DNA from: Octopus vulgaris
Taxonomy: Eukaryota
DNA: 64,000 bases
Reading direction: 5' to 3'
Assembly (NCBI GenBank): GCA_951406725.2
Contig: OX597832.1
Location: 4,216,001 to 4,280,000 of the forward strand
In this document: one piece after another, positions 1 to 12,300 of the stretch
Layout: the number at the start of each line of letters is the position of its first letter
Numbering within the stretch: the first letter of the stretch is position 1
Translations under genes and position numbers: made by a program
Notes under the pieces: model-generated
The model's database searches: none
What the model saw: the letters and a program-made list of their open reading frames with translations, nothing else
Told to the model about the DNA's origin: nothing

Positions 1-17
1 GACCACTACTGTTCATA

Positions 18-1078
18 ATGGCCCTCTCAGACATGCCCTCAGCCACGCAGAGAGCCACGATCACAAGTTATGCAGATGATACAAAAGTTTCACAGGTAAT
101 ACAGGACCCTGAAGACACTATGCACCTGCAATGTGAGCTGGACAAAATATACAAGTGGGCTGAAAAGAATAGCATGCAGTTCAATGCTGAAAAGTTTCAA
201 GCTTTATGCTATCAGCATGCAAAACTAAATGCAATACCCAATAAATACACTGGACTTGGAGGGATTGCAATCCCAGAGGCACAATCAGTGCGAGACCTGG
301 GTATTTACATGAGTAATGATGCAACCTTTCATGTGCATGTTGCTAAATTGGCAATGAAATGCAGGCGGCTGACCGGATGGATTCTTAGAACCTTTAGAAC
401 AAGCGACCAGGAAACCATGATGGTCCTCTGGAGGACACTTGTCCTAATCCACTTTGACTATTGCTCTCAGCTATGGTCACCATTCAGTGTCAAGTTAATC
501 ACAGAACTTGAGGCGATCCAACGAAGCTACACGAAGAAGATAGCTTCTGTGCAGCATATAAGCTACTGGGAAAGACTCAAGAGATTAAGACTCTATTCCT
601 TAGAGCGTAGGCGAGAAAGATATGCCATAATATACATCTGGAAGATCCTGGAAGGACTTGTCCCAAACTTTGGCATCGAGAGTTACATAAATACTAGAAC
701 TGGGCGCCACTGCATAGTGCCAAGGACTCCAAATTTGCCATCAAGATGTAGGACAAGATACTGTGATAGCCTGAGCTTCAGAGGTCCACAGCTCTTCAAT
801 ATCCTCCCGAAGGACTTGAGAGACCTGCATGGGGTGGATGCAGATGTCTTTAAAATAAAACTGGATGTCTTCCTGTCAGGTGTCCCAGATGAACCAACTT
901 TACGGCAGGAGGTGCAGATGAGGTCAGCTGCATCGAACTCTCTCATGCACCAAATGGCAATTGCTAAAAAGCATTCGTGAAGTAAAATCATGTAGCAACA
1001 CCGAATGGCGGTGCCCCAGCATGGCCACAGCTCGTGAGCTGAAACTAGATAAAATAAAAAATAAAAATAAAATTTAAA
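18..1078 (+). mobile_element. CR1-clade non-LTR retrotransposon, 3' part of ORF2 (RT C-terminal half) plus 3' tail
   Basis: ORF 18..980 has YADDTK, FNAEK, VRDLGI, DYCSQLWSP and LYSLERRRERY motifs typical of CR1-group RT. The tail ggcggtgccccagcatggccacagctcgtgagctgaaactag is followed by A-rich repeats. Confidence 0.92.
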
Positions 1079-1165
1079 AATATGTATATAGAGATATAAA
1101 AATGTGTATATGTATAAATATATATATAAATATATATATATAACTATATAAATATATATATATAA

Positions 1166-1201
<36 letters not shown>

Positions 1202-1277
1202 GTATGTATATATATAAATGTAAATATACATATATATAAATATATATATACAAATATATATAAATATATGCTGTAAG

Positions 1278-2153
1278 TCAATGGGCAGTCAAAAACAAAA
1301 TCCAACTGAACGAGGGAAAATTTGAGCTGATGCATTTTGGAAGAAAGTCCACACTAAAACAGCCATACTCTCTTCCTTCAGGGGAACCGCTCACAGCCTC
1401 TAACAATATCAGAGACCTGGGCGTAATTGTTGATGACAATCTCAGTTGGAGTGCCCACATCAACAATAAGGTCGATACAGCTCGCAGGATGAACTCCTGG
1501 ATCTTAAAAACCTTCCGGTCCAGAGAACAAGGTGTCATCATACCACTTTTCTCCTTTGTACGGTCACACCTCGAATACTGCTGCCCACTGTGGTCTCCCC
1601 ATACAAGACAAAACATCTCGAGGATTGAATCACCCCAGAGGGCACTCACTAAACGAATTGAAGGCATGACTGCTCTCGATTATTGGGACTGCCTTAAAGC
1701 CTTGAAACTCTTCTTTCTCCAGCGCCGCCGCGAGCGGTACATCATTTGTACGATGTGGAGAATATACCGCCAACTTTGCCCAAACGACCTGAGCATTAGT
1801 TTCAAGGTTCATCCAAGGCTGGGACCACGGGCCATACGTCCCCTGCCCAATTCAGGATCACAGCATATAGGTACACTGCAACATAATTTCTTTTCCTCGA
1901 CAAGCCCTGCCCTGTTCAACATTGTCCCGAAAGAGGAAAAGGATCCCATCAACTTTAAAAGGAGTCTGGATAGATTTCTTCAAGGAATACCGGATAAGCC
2001 ACCCATACCTGGATACAACTCACTCAACATGAACTCACTACTTGAATGGACCATAAACAAAACTTGACTTAAACAGGATTTAGATAATCCTATTAGGTGG
2101 TGCTATTAAATTAGACATGGCCTGGACCAATCTTTGGTCGAAACATATCTAAG
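1278..2153 (+). mobile_element. Second CR1-clade LINE family, 5'-truncated 3' end
   Basis: ORF 1330..2067 has IRDLGVIVDDNLSW, RSHLEYCCPLWSP and LQRRRERY. The tail contains catggcctggaccaatctttggtcgaaac. Both ends abut (TA)n. Confidence 0.9.
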
Positions 2154-2189
2154 TTTTATATATATATATATAAAATGTACTGATCTAGA

Positions 2190-2330
2190 GTTTCTGCTTA
2201 CTAAATTCACTCACAAGGCATTGGCCTGCTGCACAGGGCTATAGTAGAAAGCTGCCCAAGTACCTACACAGTGGGTCGAAACTCGGGCCCACAGGATTGC
2301 TAAGCGAACTCCTTAAACCCCGCTACGACC
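2190..2330 (-). mobile_element. Degenerate SINE family A head (tRNA-derived, CORE-type)
   Basis: aaattcactcacaaggcattggcc...gggctatagtagaa...gcccaag resembles the reverse complement of the intact copy at 14099. Confidence 0.6.
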
Positions 2331-2772
2331 ACTTACATATGTGTGTGTAAGCGCGCTTGTACATATTTACCCAACGCGCGCGCGCACACACACATATTTG
2401 TGTTGTGTGTGTGTGCGCGTGTGTGTGTGCGTACGTGTGTGTGTGTGATGATTGTAAGCTTCAGATGTGTTCATGCGAAACGTTTTCTCTCTCATCTGGA
2501 AGTCAGTAAAACTGACTCCATTACGAAATCACATCAGGTGTATACAATTGTTAATACCTGACAATAGCCAACTAGTGAGTACCACTCTGCTATGGTCTCC
2601 TCTCGTGTACGAACCGTTTTCAAGAAAACAGCATTTGATTCAGCTCACTAACTTAATATGCGTTGCTTGTTAAATCGAACAATTACACCGCTCATGGAAG
2701 CCTGACAGATTGATTTACGCGCAATATTTAATATTAGATTTTAAGGCAGTGCTGGAGGTGGCGGCGATTGTC

Positions 2773-2822
<50 letters not shown>

Positions 2823-3256
2823 TCTTGTTTGTTTTGTGTTGTTGTTTTTTTCATCCCAGGTGATATAGCACTACTCCGGAACTCTGAGCAACCATCCTAA
2901 CAAGCCTGGTGTGAAATAACGTACGTCAGTGGTCGAAATCTATGCCATAAATTGTGCCCCTCCGTTGGAGGGCGCTGATGAATGAAGTTCAAAATGACTG
3001 CCAGTTCCGCTTGCACTAGCAAAGCGACAAAATAGCAGGCTCTCTTTCCAATTTAATACGCATATAATAACTGGCTTCTGTTACCTGGTTGGACATGCGT
3101 CAACAGATCGGCTTTCTTCAAATTTATATGACGTCGCATGATGACAACTGCATCATCTCCATAATGAAACTTTTACTGTGAAATACTGCACGAATAGATT
3201 CGGTCTTCTTTATTTCATTATTTACCTTTACACACACGCACACGCACGCACGCACG

Positions 3257-3296
<40 letters not shown>

Positions 3297-3984
3297 AATC
3301 TACACATGCACTTGTACATACACATTCATACACACACAAAGATATACACACTCACGCACATACACACATGCACACACACACACACACACACACAACGCTA
3401 CACCCATACACACTCGAACACATACTCTCGTGTTAAGGAATTCCATATGAAATAAGAAAATAAATCGACTAGTCTTTTAGTCTTTAATTTCCATAGTTCG
3501 TGATGAGATCAACGGCCACCAACATAAGTTCCGAATTCAACTATTCATTTCTAATATGCATATTTAATTTTGTCCAGTCCTAACTTAAAATTTATAAGCT
3601 ACGCCTGATAGATGTTTTTCAAAGTGGGTGGCTTAATAAGTTGGAAAACATTATTTGAATATTTGTATAAGAGACATAGAGGAGTTTAAACAAATCTTTG
3701 GTATTTTGTTTTATTCTAAATATTTTTCTTTTAGTCTTTTTGTTAGAAACCTGAACTCAAATAGATTTTCTTCTGTTATAGCCAATCGATTACACTGTGT
3801 AATAAATTTTTTATTTATGGATATATTTATTTTATCTTTGGTAAGTAAGTCTTATTTCCTATTTGTTTCTATCTAGAAATCAAAAGAAGTGACTACTATT
3901 CCCTTCAAACTTTGCTCTTGAGATCTGGACATCAATGCTTTAGAAACTAATCCATTATATTTCAGATAGATTTAGTGCTGACTT

Positions 3985-4165
3985 GCTGAAGCAGAAATAT
4001 CGTTATAGCAAATATTCTGCTCAATACCAGAGATCTGCTTGTCAGTTGCTTGATCTTAACCACTTGAGTATGTCCCTCAGAGACAGACAATATGCACATC
4101 TCTGATCCTGAGCAAGAGTAGTGGGGGAACATCATAGCCATGTGTTGAGAGGGATTGTTTGGGAT
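3985..4165 (-). repeat. Unclassified interspersed repeat, copy 1 (inverted relative to 38515..38665)
   Basis: agcaaatattctgctcaatacc...atgcacatctctgatc...gtagtgggggaacatcat is the approximate reverse complement of 38515..38665. Confidence 0.7.
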
Positions 4166-4389
4166 TTAAATAAATGTAACAAAAGCAAAGTTTGAAGGAA
4201 TTATCAACAGTTTTTCATATTTTCTAGGGATAAACAAATAGGAAATAACAGTTGCTACCCAAGGACAAAAAGCGTGTCCCATTGTTATTCAAATTTCAAG
4301 CATTTGTGCTCCTACATTCAACACATTATATTAAATTAGTTTTCTCTTTTAAAGAGGTTTTAATCATATTGCTTTGTTTTGATTTCTAA

Positions 4390-4580
4390 CATTGACACAA
4401 GGCCTCAAATGTGAGGTATGAGTATAATCGATGAAATCGGCACCAATACTTGACTGATACTTTATTTTTACCGACTCTGGATCGATAAAGAGCAAAGCTG
4501 ACATCGACGAAATTTGAACTCAGAACATAAATGGCTAACTTCCACAAATATTTCATCCGACGCCCAACTCTACCAATCCA
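4390..4580 (-). mobile_element. Degenerate SINE family B
   Basis: acaaggcc...gaaatttgaactcagaac matches the reverse complement of 33915..34070. Confidence 0.6.
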
Positions 4581-4784
4581 CTAAATTGTTAGATATTAAA
4601 CTGATCTCAAGCAGCCTACTATAATTCAATGCCTACAGTGTATACATTGACCACTGTATACAATAGTCATTGTTTCGCATTTTGAATATTTAATGAGTAA
4701 TTCGATCACCAGTACATTTAATATAAATTTCCATTGTGATATAAAAAACAAAAAAAAAATAATAACAGAGATCCTTCCGAAGCC

Positions 4785-5000
4785 ATAGGTTCATAAGGTC
4801 GGTTTCCCGGATTCTGTGGCATATATACTCCCTAGGAGACGGGACGCCGGCCTGTTACAGGATTTCTCATTTTTGCAGGCTGAGTGAACTGGAATAATGT
4901 GAAATTAACACAACGCATCGCCATCGCCCGGTCCAGGAAACGGGACCACAATCTTATTATCATGGATGCAACACCCTGACCATTAAGCCACGCGTCTCCA
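4785..5000 (-). mobile_element. SINE family C (tRNA-like head), degenerate
   Basis: The minus strand begins ggagacgcgtggcttaatggtcagggtg (A-box-like) and aligns by eye with 41825..42072. Confidence 0.7.
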
Positions 5001-5609
5001 CATTGCAAAATATAGAGTATGATATTGTTTTTCCCGAACATCTCAAGCCCCAGGGATAACTGATGAGTAGTGGTAGCGTAGATCGCTAGTAAAGAAGGTC
5101 TAACTCTACGGAACCGTACAAGTAGTCACTGAGGAGAGAGAGAGAGAGGTGCTGAAGAAGGTAGTTGGTTAAGACTGCTTCCATCTGCTTTGAGATGTGG
5201 GAAGTAAGAATGATAGTTCGGTTGTTGCTAAGGTCATGGAAGTGTCTTTGTGAGAAGGATGATGTAGTTTCTTTCTAAATAATGGAATAGATTATTGTGT
5301 GTGTGTGTGTGTGTGGACAACAGTACGAGTTTTATAAACCTCACCAACATTTGCATTTGTGTGCTACTCTGGACAAATTAACCCCATCTTTAATTGCTTC
5401 TTCACCTCGATAAAATAATTAGAACAATTAGAACAATCATTGTTCTAATCATATAACTTATCATATAATAGATTCGATGAGTATTGAGCCGTTCTGTCTT
5501 AAAGTAAAAACCGTACAGATGCAAAATCAGACACTAAGTCAGCGAAAGCGCAAAGAAAAGAGGAAACGAAAACGACAAACATTTATGGTAAGGTATAAAT
5601 TTAGAATTA

Positions 5610-5952
5610 CGGAGATGTACTTGCATTGCATGTGACCTGATCTGAGATCGTGTGCTGAAACAAAAACAACTGCAGCGTGGAAGGTGTTTATAAGCCATTT
5701 AAAAATACACAAAAACCGTTATATTCACTTCAACATTTAAATTTAATTTTCCAAAATATTTTCGTCACTTTGAGACCGAGACCTGTTCACTTAAAAAATT
5801 CCGTGCTGTCTCGTGACGCAGCACAGAATTTTGTCAGTGAACAGGTCGCGGTCTCAAAGCGACGAAAATATTTTGGCAAATTAAATTTAAATGTTGAAGT
5901 GGGTTTTGTGCATTTTTAAATGGCCTATAAACACCTTCCACGTTGCAATTGT
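5610..5952. mobile_element. Fold-back element, probable Penelope pseudo-LTR pair, with HHR-like motif
   Basis: Inverted arms at about 5666-5808 and 5819-5952. Homologous copies lie at 42335..42525 and 62758..62957. Confidence 0.75.
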
Positions 5953-7005
5953 ATAAATTTGGACTTTACGTAATAAGACACACAAATCACCGAAATCGCC
6001 TAATGGCTGGGGGGTTTTTTATTGTTGTTATTTGGTCTTTTTGCATTGTCAGGCAAAAATTGCTTGGTTTTATTTGGTTACTCAAAAATAATCGTCAAAA
6101 TGTCATCGTTGACCACATAACTGCATTTGATTCCGCAGACAGATTTAGTTCGTGGTCCTTTGAACATATTCGACGCCAGCTGAACTGTTTTTAGATGCTG
6201 CTGCTTTTGAAATGTGTAAACATTTAACGAGGCTACGATGACTGGTGAGGCAGAGACTGAGGACGCTCGGATATTAGTGCTTGCGCTAGATTGTAGTTCT
6301 TTGATATTGAAGGTATTTGGATCGTGGTATTTCAGCAAGGAGAAACATTAGATATATCTTAGTGGTTAACTAGGCCTGCAGTCAACTAGATCGGTGATAT
6401 ATCGTGAAGGTGACTCTTGTGATGGAATTGCTAGCTACAGAACTTAACAGTTCAAATGGAAGCGACGCCGGATTACATATGATGTCGGCTAAGATAGTGT
6501 TACATTGGAGAGACGAGAAATGCAGAAGTTAGATGTAGCAGCTGCTTAAAAGAAAGGAGTACATTAGATAGTTGCAACTGTTTTGAAAGCCAACAGTGCA
6601 GTGGGGGAAACGTTGCAGACATTGTGATCCTAGATAAAAAAAAATTGTAAGAGGATACTAGAAAGAACTATTGACGGTATCGAGAAAGTGGATATATGTT
6701 GTGAAGGTTCTTTTCAGATCGACTGTGACTGGTGAAAAGGTAAGAAGAAAATCTAACTCGGAAGGCAACAGCGGAATGGACTTCGCTAAAGGCACCGGAT
6801 AGCTAGCTGGTGATGTTAATTGGGCGACAGAATTATGTTTACGACCCAAGAACAGACCCTCTGACGGATTTCCGCACAGTTTCAATCTTGTAATATTCAC
6901 TCACAAATCGTTGATTATTTTACTAAGATGGGCTCTGGAATGTCAAAACCGAATATTAATTCGAAGAATTCCAGCCTGGGTGGTCTGCCAGAAGAAGCAG
7001 CCCAG

Positions 7006-7017
7006 CCAATGACGTCA
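7006..7017 (+). promoter_or_regulatory. Overlapping CCAAT box and palindromic CRE (TGACGTCA)
   Basis: ccaatgacgtca in non-repetitive sequence; motif match only. Confidence 0.25.
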
Positions 7018-7782
7018 CACAATAGATTGTTTCCATTTAAAGGTAGTTGATCAGATGATATTTTTGTAGATGTTTGTGCGTTGCGTGCAGCCATATTAAT
7101 CGACGTAGAAACAGAGCTAGGAAGACTCGGTTAATGGAGTAGAACGAAATATTGTGAAATTTGATTTAATACTAAATTGAATTTTTCCCTGTAAGTTTGG
7201 AGTTATACTCCCTATTATTATATATATGTGTGTGTGTGTGTATGTATGTATATATACGTATATATATATATATATGTGTGTGTGTATATATGTATATATA
7301 TATGTATATATATTTGTGTGTGTCTATATATATATACATATTTATATATGTATGTACGTATATATGTGTGTGTGTGTGTATAAACTAAAAATAATACTAA
7401 AACTGAAGGGAAGATCAAATAATGCGTTTTTAATTGGTAAAAGATGGCTATCTACAAGTATAAACACACACACACACACACACACATGTATATATGTACT
7501 GATATAAAATGTTCAGCACATATATAATACTTTATAACTTTCTGTATATTCTTTTCAGTATTCAGCGTACTCTACCATTTTGTATATTTAAATAATCAGC
7601 TGAAGATTAAAACTTAAGCCGTTTCTCTTTACATAAAATCTTATATTCATATATTCCCCTGAATTTTATTATTTTACTAAAAGTTATTGACATAGGTTTT
7701 TATCGAACTCAGTAATATCGTAAATCATAAAGGTTTTTATAATATTTATAATATTATTATTATTATTATTATTATCATTATT

Positions 7783-7813
<31 letters not shown>

Positions 7814-9044
7814 TTTTTGCTTGACCTCTTGTCCTTTTAATTCTTATCCTCATTCATCGTTTGAAAAGCTGAATTTGCAGCGCCATCTTAATCATTTTCC
7901 ATTCAGATTACTCTAGCAAATTTAGTGATTACTTATTCATATTATTTTGAATTAATCATGCATTATCTCATAGCTTTCAGATTTAAATGATGTGATTGTT
8001 TAGAATGATATTGTATGGTAGAAGTGAGTGGCTGAATCTAGTCCGTTTGGGCATAAAGCAAGACTGTTTTGAGCTGGATGTGGTCGGTTTAAATGCTAAA
8101 GAGTAAAATAACATCTTTATTTATGAACAACGTTTATTTGACAAAACCAAAACCTTTGGTTTCTCGTTTATCGACAAGATATCTATTAATGACATCATTT
8201 GTGAAAGAGAATTCAGACTATTTTCTCCTTCTCACCAGAGGCACAGCAACGAGTAATTAATTATCTCTCACAATGATTTCGATTAAATTGTTAAAACACC
8301 GTTACCTGTCGTTTGGTCAAGCTTTTATATTTTATTCTTTCTTCTGAATTGACGCACAATCCATCTTCATCCGTTATAGGAAAGCAATTTGTGTATGAGT
8401 AATTGCGCGCGTGCATTTATTTATACACTTGTGTACGTATATATGTATGTGTGGGGCGCGCGCATAGTGTGTACAAGCAATATATTTATATTGATGTCAT
8501 TTCTTTATTGTTGACATTGAATTTTTTTTTTTCTAATTTTCCTTTCACATCATCTTATTTTTGCAAAATGATACACAATGACAAGAAGAGACCACCTATA
8601 CAGATAAACTCAGTTCGAGAAAGCAAAAGAAAGGAGAGGGAGTGCAATAGCTGATGCTTAGAAAAGTACAAGTCTTTTCCAGTTTGAAGCTTAAAATGCC
8701 TAACTATTGTGTAAATGTAGGCTTCTTCACCGCAACAAGTGCTGTTAATTGTTGTTTTTTAATCAATATCAATAACATAAAATATCTTATAATGCTTTTT
8801 ATCTCCATGATCATGTCAGCTCGTTATATTTTTCTACTGATCACAAACCAGATCTTTTCGAAGGAACCTCTTCAGAGAAGTTTGACCTTCTAGCTAACAA
8901 TGCCCACATATCAGTCCTACTCTCTTGAAAAACGGGACGGTAACAGCCTATCTATATCGCTCTAGAAGAGAAGGTCCTGGTTAGAATGCTTTTGATCATA
9001 AGTCTACTCGATAAGGACTGACCTGGAGCTAAACAAGTGTATTG

Positions 9045-9362
9045 TCTGCGTGGTAAGTAGCTTGCTTACGAACCGCATGCGACCAATGCCTTGTGAGTGG
9101 ATTTGGTAGACGGAAACTGAAAGAAGCCCGTCGTATATATATGTGTGTGTATATATATGTTTGTGTATTTGTGTTTGTCCCCTCAACATCGCTTGACAAC
9201 CGATGGTGGTGTGTTTACGTCTCCATGACTTAGCGGTTCGGCAAAAGAGACCGATAGAATAAGTACTAGGCTTACAAGAATAAGTCCTGGGGTAGATTTG
9301 CTCGACTGAAGGCGGTGCTCCAGCATGGCCACAGTCAAATGACTGAAACAAGTAAAAGAGTA
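9045..9362 (+). mobile_element. SINE family A with a deletion in the head
   Basis: gtggtaagtagcttgcttac...gaagcccgtcg-(TA/TG)n-...ggcggtgctccagcatggccacagtcaaatgactgaaacaagtaaaag. Confidence 0.85.
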
Positions 9363-9501
9363 ACAGTTTTAATCAACTTATTGATGTTCAACAATGACAC
9401 AAAGCCTCGGTGGAATTTGAACTCAAAATGCAAAGATAGACGAAAGTCTGGTAAACATTTTATTCGGTGTGCTAGCGATTCTGCCAGCTCACCACCTTCC
9501 C

Positions 9502-9537
<36 letters not shown>

Positions 9538-9571
9538 GAAGAAGAAGAAGAAGAAGAACAAGAAGAAGAAG

Positions 9572-10590
9572 AGATTCTGGTTTATTGGCCACAAGGGCTA
9601 ATATAAAATCAAAAACATGAAGGAACAAACACAGGACGATAAAAACAAAGGGTTTTGCAAAAGGAAAAGGTCCGCGTAAACATTAGATAACAATGAAAGA
9701 AATATAACAAGTAAAAACTCCTAACAGGAGGAGGCGCTTTGAAAGGTTACTCGTGGAAAAACCCATAAAATCCTGGTCAAACGGGGCGAGAGCCCCTTCT
9801 CCTTTTATATTCCTTTTTACAGGTGTAATCTTAGAATTGGTCCGTTCATACTGGCCATTTTATCGACATTCACCCACCTTTCAACAGATTTGCTACGAGA
9901 CAACACTTCCCTCTCTACTCTCAACTTCCTTTTCCAGTGGAACTTGAAAAAGTTGATGAGGCCTTGGCCAAAGAGGAAAGTGTCTGACTTTAGTCCTTCC
10001 AAACATGTCCACCATACCACCTCTTTCGCTACAGCCACTAGACAAAAATTGCCTTTCCCTCCCGGTTAAAGGAGGTCGGCGGGGCAATCTTCACTATGAA
10101 TTCAGCTGATAGCCGGATCCGTCCTACATGCGACAGTAGCTTTTCGACATAAACCCACAGGTCAGCAATACTCGGGCACTGGACGGGTACGTGCAGAACA
10201 GTTTCATCGCTCTGAACGCACCTCAGACAGGCCCGGCTGACGGCACTTCCGTGCCGGTAGAGTTTATCCCGAACAGGCAGCGTCCCTCGGTAGCACTGCC
10301 AGGCGAGGGGCTTTTGTAAGTTATCCATGGGCCCCGGACCGAGAGTTCTGCCAAGTAGACTGCTTAGCTGATCATCGTCGACGCCTAGAGTTTCCCGGAG
10401 AACGTCATCTCACTTTTCCTGCACCAACCCTCTATAGAACGCTAGAGTGGGACTACTACCAATTGCATTGCCCGCCTGGCGGTGGGCGGTGAGAGCTTGA
10501 CGGCACTCGAGGTGCCAAGCACCCTTTCTCGGTCTACGTTTGATCCAAGATTGCAGCTCAGTCAAAGAGACAAGCTTTGGAGAGTCTGAC
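9572..10590 (-). mobile_element. Tx1/L1-clade LINE, 5'-truncated 3' end with zinc-knuckle (zf-RVT) region, embedded in (TTC)n
   Basis: ORF 10038..10328 reads LAWQCYRGTLPVRDKL..CLRC..DETVLH...C. An AATAAA lies near the 3' end. (GAA)n flanks both sides (about 9537-9571 and 10591-10638). Confidence 0.85.
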
Positions 10591-10759
10591 GAAGAAGAAG
10601 AAGAAGAAGAAGAAGAAGAAGAAGAAGAAGAAGAAGAATCCTCTCAGCTATAGACTAAATTTTGGGCGAGGACTTTATTTTGGCCTAAAATTTTGGGCGA
10701 GGACTTTATTGATTACATCAGTCCCGAAATTTAGATACGCACCTCGACCACTCGATAGA

Positions 10760-11034
10760 ATCGACCACCGCGAAATCTGAACTCAGAACGTAAAGACATA
10801 ACGAAATGTCTCTAAGCATTTTGGCTGGCGAGCTAACGGTTCCGCCAGCTCTTCACAATTTGCCACAAGGCTAGCAATTTTAAGGGGAAGGTTAAGTCGA
10901 TAACATCGACTCTGGTACTCGACTGGTACTTATAAAGTCGACCTCGGCAGAATTTGAACTCAGAATGTAAGAACGGACTAACTGCAGCTAAGCATTTTCC
11001 CCGGCGTGCTAACGGTTCTTCCAGCTCGCCACCT

Positions 11035-11035
<1 letters not shown>
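10760..11035 (-). mobile_element. Two tandem SINE family B fragments
   Basis: Repeated gaactcagaac...ctaagcattt...gctaacgg...gccagctc. Confidence 0.75.
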
Positions 11036-11075
<40 letters not shown>

Positions 11076-11076
<1 letters not shown>

Positions 11077-12071
11077 TTGTGTTCATCAGCATTAGATCAG
11101 AAGAAAACAACAAAGCATGGTATGTAAAAAATTCCACAGAACCACTAATATTAGAAGTAGGAAGGTCAGGCTTGTGTAGGATGAAAGACTGTAAAGATAA
11201 AGCACTATACAAGAAATTGTAAACGAATGAAACTGAAAATAGGTGGATAAAGAATGCATGGTCAATTTCATAGGGATGTTGTAGATAAGACAAACAGAGA
11301 AAAAAGATGGCTGTGGATGACTAAAAGTGATTTAAAACCGGAAACGGAGGCTCTAATCTGTGCTGCCCAAGAGCAAGCACTAAGAACATGAAATACAGAA
11401 TAGACAACACAGCAGAAAGTGATAAGTGCAGAATCTGTGGACAAAACGGTGGAACCGTATGGCATATTACCAGCCAATGTACGCCATTGGCCAAGAAGGA
11501 ATATAAGAAACACCACGACAATATAGCCAGGCTTGTCCACTGGACACTCTACAAGTATGGATTTGACAGAATAAAAAATTGATACGACCACAAACCTGAA
11601 GGCATCGTCGAATATGGAAATGCAAAGATCCTATGGGATTTTATGATTCAGTGCGACCATGAGATAGAGAATAGGAAGCTGGACATAGTCTTAATTGAGA
11701 AAGAAAACAAACTATGCTGGATCATAGAAACAGCGTGCCCAGCTAACAACAAGGTATGCGATAAGGAAGAAAGAAAAGTCGAGAGATATGAGAGGTTAGC
11801 TTGGGAAATTAAGCAGTTGTGGTCGATGAAAAAGGTAGCAGTAGTACCAATAATAGTCGGAGCCCTGGGAACAGTGAGCAAAAACCTGGAGAAGTACGCG
11901 GAACAAATAGGGGCTGCAATAAGGGTGGAGCACTTGCAGAAAACAGTACTGCTTGGAGCCGCTCTAATACTCCGGAAGGTACTTCGAAAAATATGAAGTG
12001 TTACCTTAGTTCACTGGTAGTGATCAGCTGACACTGTAATACATATCCAGCGTTAGAAGCTGTGCAAAGGC
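11076..12071 (+). mobile_element. R4/Dong-clade non-LTR retrotransposon 3' end (CCHC knuckle plus restriction-like endonuclease), inserted in (TAA)n
   Basis: Frameshifted translation gives HGQF..ETEALICAAQEQAL..CRICG..HITSQC..ILWDF..RKLDIV..PIIVGALG. TAA repeats flank both sides. Confidence 0.9.
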
Positions 12072-12092
12072 AATAATAATAGTAATAATAAT

Positions 12093-12300
12093 CCTTTTTA
12101 CTATTGGTACAAGGCCTGAAAGTTTGGGGAAGGGATCCAGTCGATTACATCGACCCCGCTGTTTCACTGGTACTTAATTTATCGACTCCGAAAGGATGAA
12201 AGGTGAAGTCGACTTCGGCGGAATTTGAACTCAGAACGTAAAGACAGATGAAATGCTGCAAAGCATTTTGCCTGGCGTGCTAACGATTCTGCCAGCCCTG
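12093..12300 (-). mobile_element. SINE family B (tRNA head plus Meta-like domain)
   Basis: Reverse complement of ggctggcagaatcgttagcacgcc...gagttcaaattccgcc...ctttcatcctttcggagtcgataaattaagtaccag. Confidence 0.85.

Noticed and set aside
683-1335. Long ORFs rich in YI/CV/HT/MYVC (here and throughout the ORF track)
   Set aside because: They are translations of (TA)n, (TG)n, (CA)n and (TATG)n microsatellites, which lack stop codons; they are not genes.
5478-5593. Short basic reading frame (..QRKRKEKRKRKRQTFM) ending at gtaagg
   Set aside because: A-rich composition explains the Lys/Arg content; no acceptor or homology support.
5960-6950. ORFs 5943..6338 and 6658..6900 as genes or LINE RT
   Set aside because: Only a faint QGSVLG-like trace; too degenerate to call.
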